DNA from: Eledone cirrhosa
Lineage: Eukaryota
Reading direction: 5' to 3'
Length of the DNA stretch: 64,000 nucleotides
Assembly (NCBI GenBank): GCA_964016885.1
Contig: OZ024744.1
Span: 91,140,001 to 91,204,000 of the forward strand
How positions within the stretch are numbered: position 1 is the first letter of the stretch; each line of letters opens with the position of its first letter. The translations under genes and the position numbers were made by a program. Under the pieces are notes generated by a model. The model ran no database searches. It saw nothing but the letters and a program-made list of their open reading frames with translations, and had not been told where the DNA came from. This document shows positions 60,523 through 64,000 of this stretch, one piece after another.

Positions 60523-61559
60523 ATGAATGTATTACCTCAGATCTGATCAGCATCTTCTTTTGTTAACAACATTACATTACTTTCTGTTTCAGGTGTTTTT
60601 GTGTAGGAGGATCATGTCACCTTCTCCGTGTAAGAAGACTGTGTATGTGCACAATGGAGAAGGGTGTGGAGAGACATTATTGCTCATGTTAATGGAGAGT
60701 CTAACCTCTTCTCTCGACATCACAGTTCATGAAGTCAAAACAATATCGGCTGAAATTATAGTTGAAGGTAAACGTTCTGAGTTCAAATCCCGTCGAGATC
60801 TACTTTACTTTTTATTTTATAAAAGTTGATTAAAAAAATGAAGTAAATAGTGAAGTACTACTGAGGTTAATAGAATTTATGTAAGAAATCAATATTTAAA
60901 TGGAAAGCTGATATTCCTTTATGCACACACACACACACACATACACACACACGCGTGCACACTCACACACATATATACTCTGTCTAGCCAACGCTCCGGG
61001 CCCATCTATTCCCCCCAGGTGGACATGGGGGCAGTAGTTATCAAATGATTATGTCAATGTACTCCCCCCCCCTCCCCACCCACCCTCATCCACACCCTGA
61101 TGCACCTTTCTCGTCCAACCCATGCATATGAATGCATGAAAAGCTGGACATACTCCCCAATACTGGTCTCCCACAATACTGGTGCCACACAGCAACAACA
61201 AATATAATGCTCAGTCCATGAACAGTGATAGTGCTGGTGCCACAACATCAAAAAGTACCCAGTCTGAAGCAAAGTTTGTGTTATACATAATTTGATCACA
61301 TCGAAGTCATCAATTGAAGTGAAGTTAGTGATTGTTCTTGTAGAAGATAAACAGGACAAATACAATAATTTTGGTTAGATATAGAACTTTACTTCACTTC
61401 ATTAAAAAGTAAAAATAATATGTTTATTATGCTACGCTAGATTACAAATTTAGAAGTTGTTTCAGGATGTACATAACAACATAGGTAGCAGTAAACTCAT
61501 AGTGCAAAGGAGCTGTGTTGTTTATATGAAGAGGCAGAAGATCCTCTGTGTGTAGTTGA

Positions 61560-61905
61560 AATACACATGGACATGCCTACAAAGTCAGAAAACAGCACAG
61601 CCCCCATGACTTTTGAAAACATTTTTTCATGCTCAGAGTTGCCGAAGCATGGAACAAACTACCTGCATCAGTTGTTAGCTGTCGAGACACTGCATCCTTT
61701 AAAACCTCAATGCTTCCTGAAATTCACCAACACTACACCTGATATCCCCACCTCCATACATAAGCACACATGTATTTCATGACTCATACATTGTTCACTT
61801 TCCTGACATTTGTACATTATTCTATGTACTATACATGCACCTTTGATGAGTTGTAGTGCACCTGAACACTGTACACAATAATTTCATTATTATTATATTA
61901 TTATT
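61560..61905 (+). mobile_element. CR1-like 3' fragment with (ATT)n tail
   Basis: Same 3'UTR as 57245-57418. Confidence 0.7.
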
Positions 61906-62708
61906 ACAGATTCAAGAATTGCTGTTGGGCCCTTGTCGATAGGGCCAAAGTTTTTTTGCTAAGTACTACATTTCACCACTTGTTTGAGCAGGTCAAAGTG
62001 ATGCTTCTCTCCCGAGTTACCAGAATCAACTGACACAAAGAAGATCTTATCTTGCTTTCACCTCAAGCTATCCAGCCACCCCAGACAACTGATGCCAACT
62101 CAAATAAAAGAGAAATGGCAGCTAGATGTCATTTGGGGTTCAGTGTGTGAAGAAATTTCACTACAAGTCCCCCCTGTAAAGTGGTCATGCTGGTGCCATG
62201 ACAAAAAAAGCATCCAGTACATCTTGTTAAGTGATTGAACTGGTGCCACTTCAAAAGGCACTCAGTCATTCCTGTAAGTAGTAGTGCTAGTGCTATGAAA
62301 AAAAGTACCCAGTACACACTACAATGTAGTTGGAGTGAGGAAGGACATCCAGCCATAGAAAACCAAACCCAAAATAGATCTGTATGAGAAAAACATGGTC
62401 ATTTCACCTGGATAGTCAAATAATATAACAACCTGTCTAACCCATACAATTATGGAAAATAGACGTTAAATATTGATGATGAAGAAGAGGAGAAAGAGGG
62501 GGAGGAAGGGAAGGGGGAGGAGGTGTGGGTGGAGGAGGTGTGGGTGAATATAATTATATTATTGAGATTATTCTCTGTTGCTACTCAGAGTTTGGTAAGT
62601 TGCTGCTGATCATGTAACTGGGAATGTAGTTTACACGGTGTAGTGTATCTGGCAAATATAATGAAGGTGGCTAATATAATCTATATATATAATCTATATA
62701 TATATATA

Positions 62709-63600
62709 CAGGGTGTGGACGATATTTGTTCGCAATTTTCAACTGCTAATTTTATGCAAATTTTTTTTACTGCCGTTGTCACTCTTCTCTTTATAAAAAC
62801 AGTAACTATATTTCCATTATTTATTTTTAGAATAATTGATTATGAATAATCTTGAACCTCCAAATTTGTGGAAGAGACACAGAGTTCTTCTTGGAATCTG
62901 CGCTGGGAGGACAAATAAGGAAATTTCAGAAACTCCCAGAACAACAAGTGGCTCGCTGTCTCATCCAAAGACGTGCCCAGAGTCATGCAGACAAAGTTTC
63001 CAGTGACAACATTGGTCTTAGGTGTCGACAGCAGTCAAGGTGACGTCATGCCACCTTACTTCTTCCCTGAGGACCTCAAGCTGAACACCGATGGCTACAT
63101 CCGCGTTCTGAGCAAGGTAGTAAAGCTCTGGATCGACCAGGTAGCTGCAGGTAGGCCGTACATGTGGCAGCAAGACTCAGCGCCCTGCCATACCAGCTGA
63201 AAGACCCAAGCCTGGCTGTCAGAGAACTTTGTCAACCACACTTCACCTGACATCTGGCCTCCCAGCTCGCCTGACTGCAACCCCCTCGACTTCTTTGTGT
63301 GGGGCACAGTGGAATGAGACACTAACAGATCTAGCTGCAATACAAAAGACGATCTGAAGGCCAGGATCACAAGTGCCTTTAGGGGCCTAAGTCAGGGGAC
63401 AGTGACGAAGGCCTGTAGCCGGTTCTGAGGCCACCTTGAGGCCGTCATCAAAGCCAATGGCGGGTTTATCGAGTGAAATCGAAAGAACAAGTCATGAAGA
63501 CAAACTGACCCAAGTTTAATAAATATATCTTAAAAAATAAAACTACTGTGTTATTTTTTCCTAGACAGTAATCTTGCGAACAAATATCGTCCACACCCTG
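62709..63600 (+). mobile_element. Tc1/mariner-superfamily DD37D (maT-type) transposon, internally deleted relic
   Basis: Perfect 27-bp TIRs CAGGGTGTGGACGATATTTGTTCGCAA (62709-62735, 63574-63600) within TA runs. Transposase C-terminus QQDSAPCH...WPPSSPDCNPLD, with 37 residues between the last two Asp. Confidence 0.92.
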
Positions 63601-64000
63601 TATATATATATATATATAATACATTACTCTGACCAACCCCATCTCACTCAACAAGCATTAGGATATACCTGAGTATAATCCCAATTTAGTGTTTGGGGTG
63701 CTAACTCTATAGTATTTCGTGGATAATTGGTTGTATTATTTTATATGAGACATAATTAAATAAATCTCTCTTTCTTTCCATACGATCATTTCGTTATAAG
63801 ATTTCTACAACTTGGGATAAATAATGTCCAAGTTATGTAGAAACTTGTATATAATCCATAGATATACACACAAGCGGGCCCTTATAACTCATCAGTGGAT
63901 GCCCATGCAATATCAATATAAAAAACTACATCGATATTAATAATCAGTGATGGTCTATATATATAAGAGAGCTGTTTATTGGTTGGTTGGTTGGTTGGTT

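Overview
AT-rich, repeat-dense animal genomic DNA. The SINE and LINE repertoire looks octopus/cephalopod-like, which is an inference from recognised motifs. The only host gene is cytoplasmic leucyl-tRNA synthetase (LARS1) on the minus strand. I assembled 12 coding exons by hand between 53336 and 505: 1266 nt, 422 codons, all GT-AG, with consistent phases. They include the HLGH motif and the CP1 editing motifs, and the gene continues past base 1. The introns hold two near full-length and one 5'-truncated RTE-clade LINE (all three with a PHD-type C4HC3 finger inside the RT ORF), many (GAT)n-tailed RTE 3' fragments, two tRNA-derived SINE groups, TTAA piggyBac-type MITEs, non-autonomous Helitrons and CR1-like fragments. 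A DD37D (maT) transposon relic lies upstream of the coding region. At least eight distinct minisatellites are present, and most can be traced to internal segments of these mobile elements. Main observations: TE-seeded arrays sit just downstream of many splice donors; a 28-bp array reads as about 58 tandem 3' splice-site mimics; one MITE family amplified two different internal segments; one RTE is broken by a single 40-bp duplication; a SINE head carries swapped tails; and inverted RTE copies bracket in-frame exon blocks. Repeat boundaries are approximate; exon boundaries were counted base by base.
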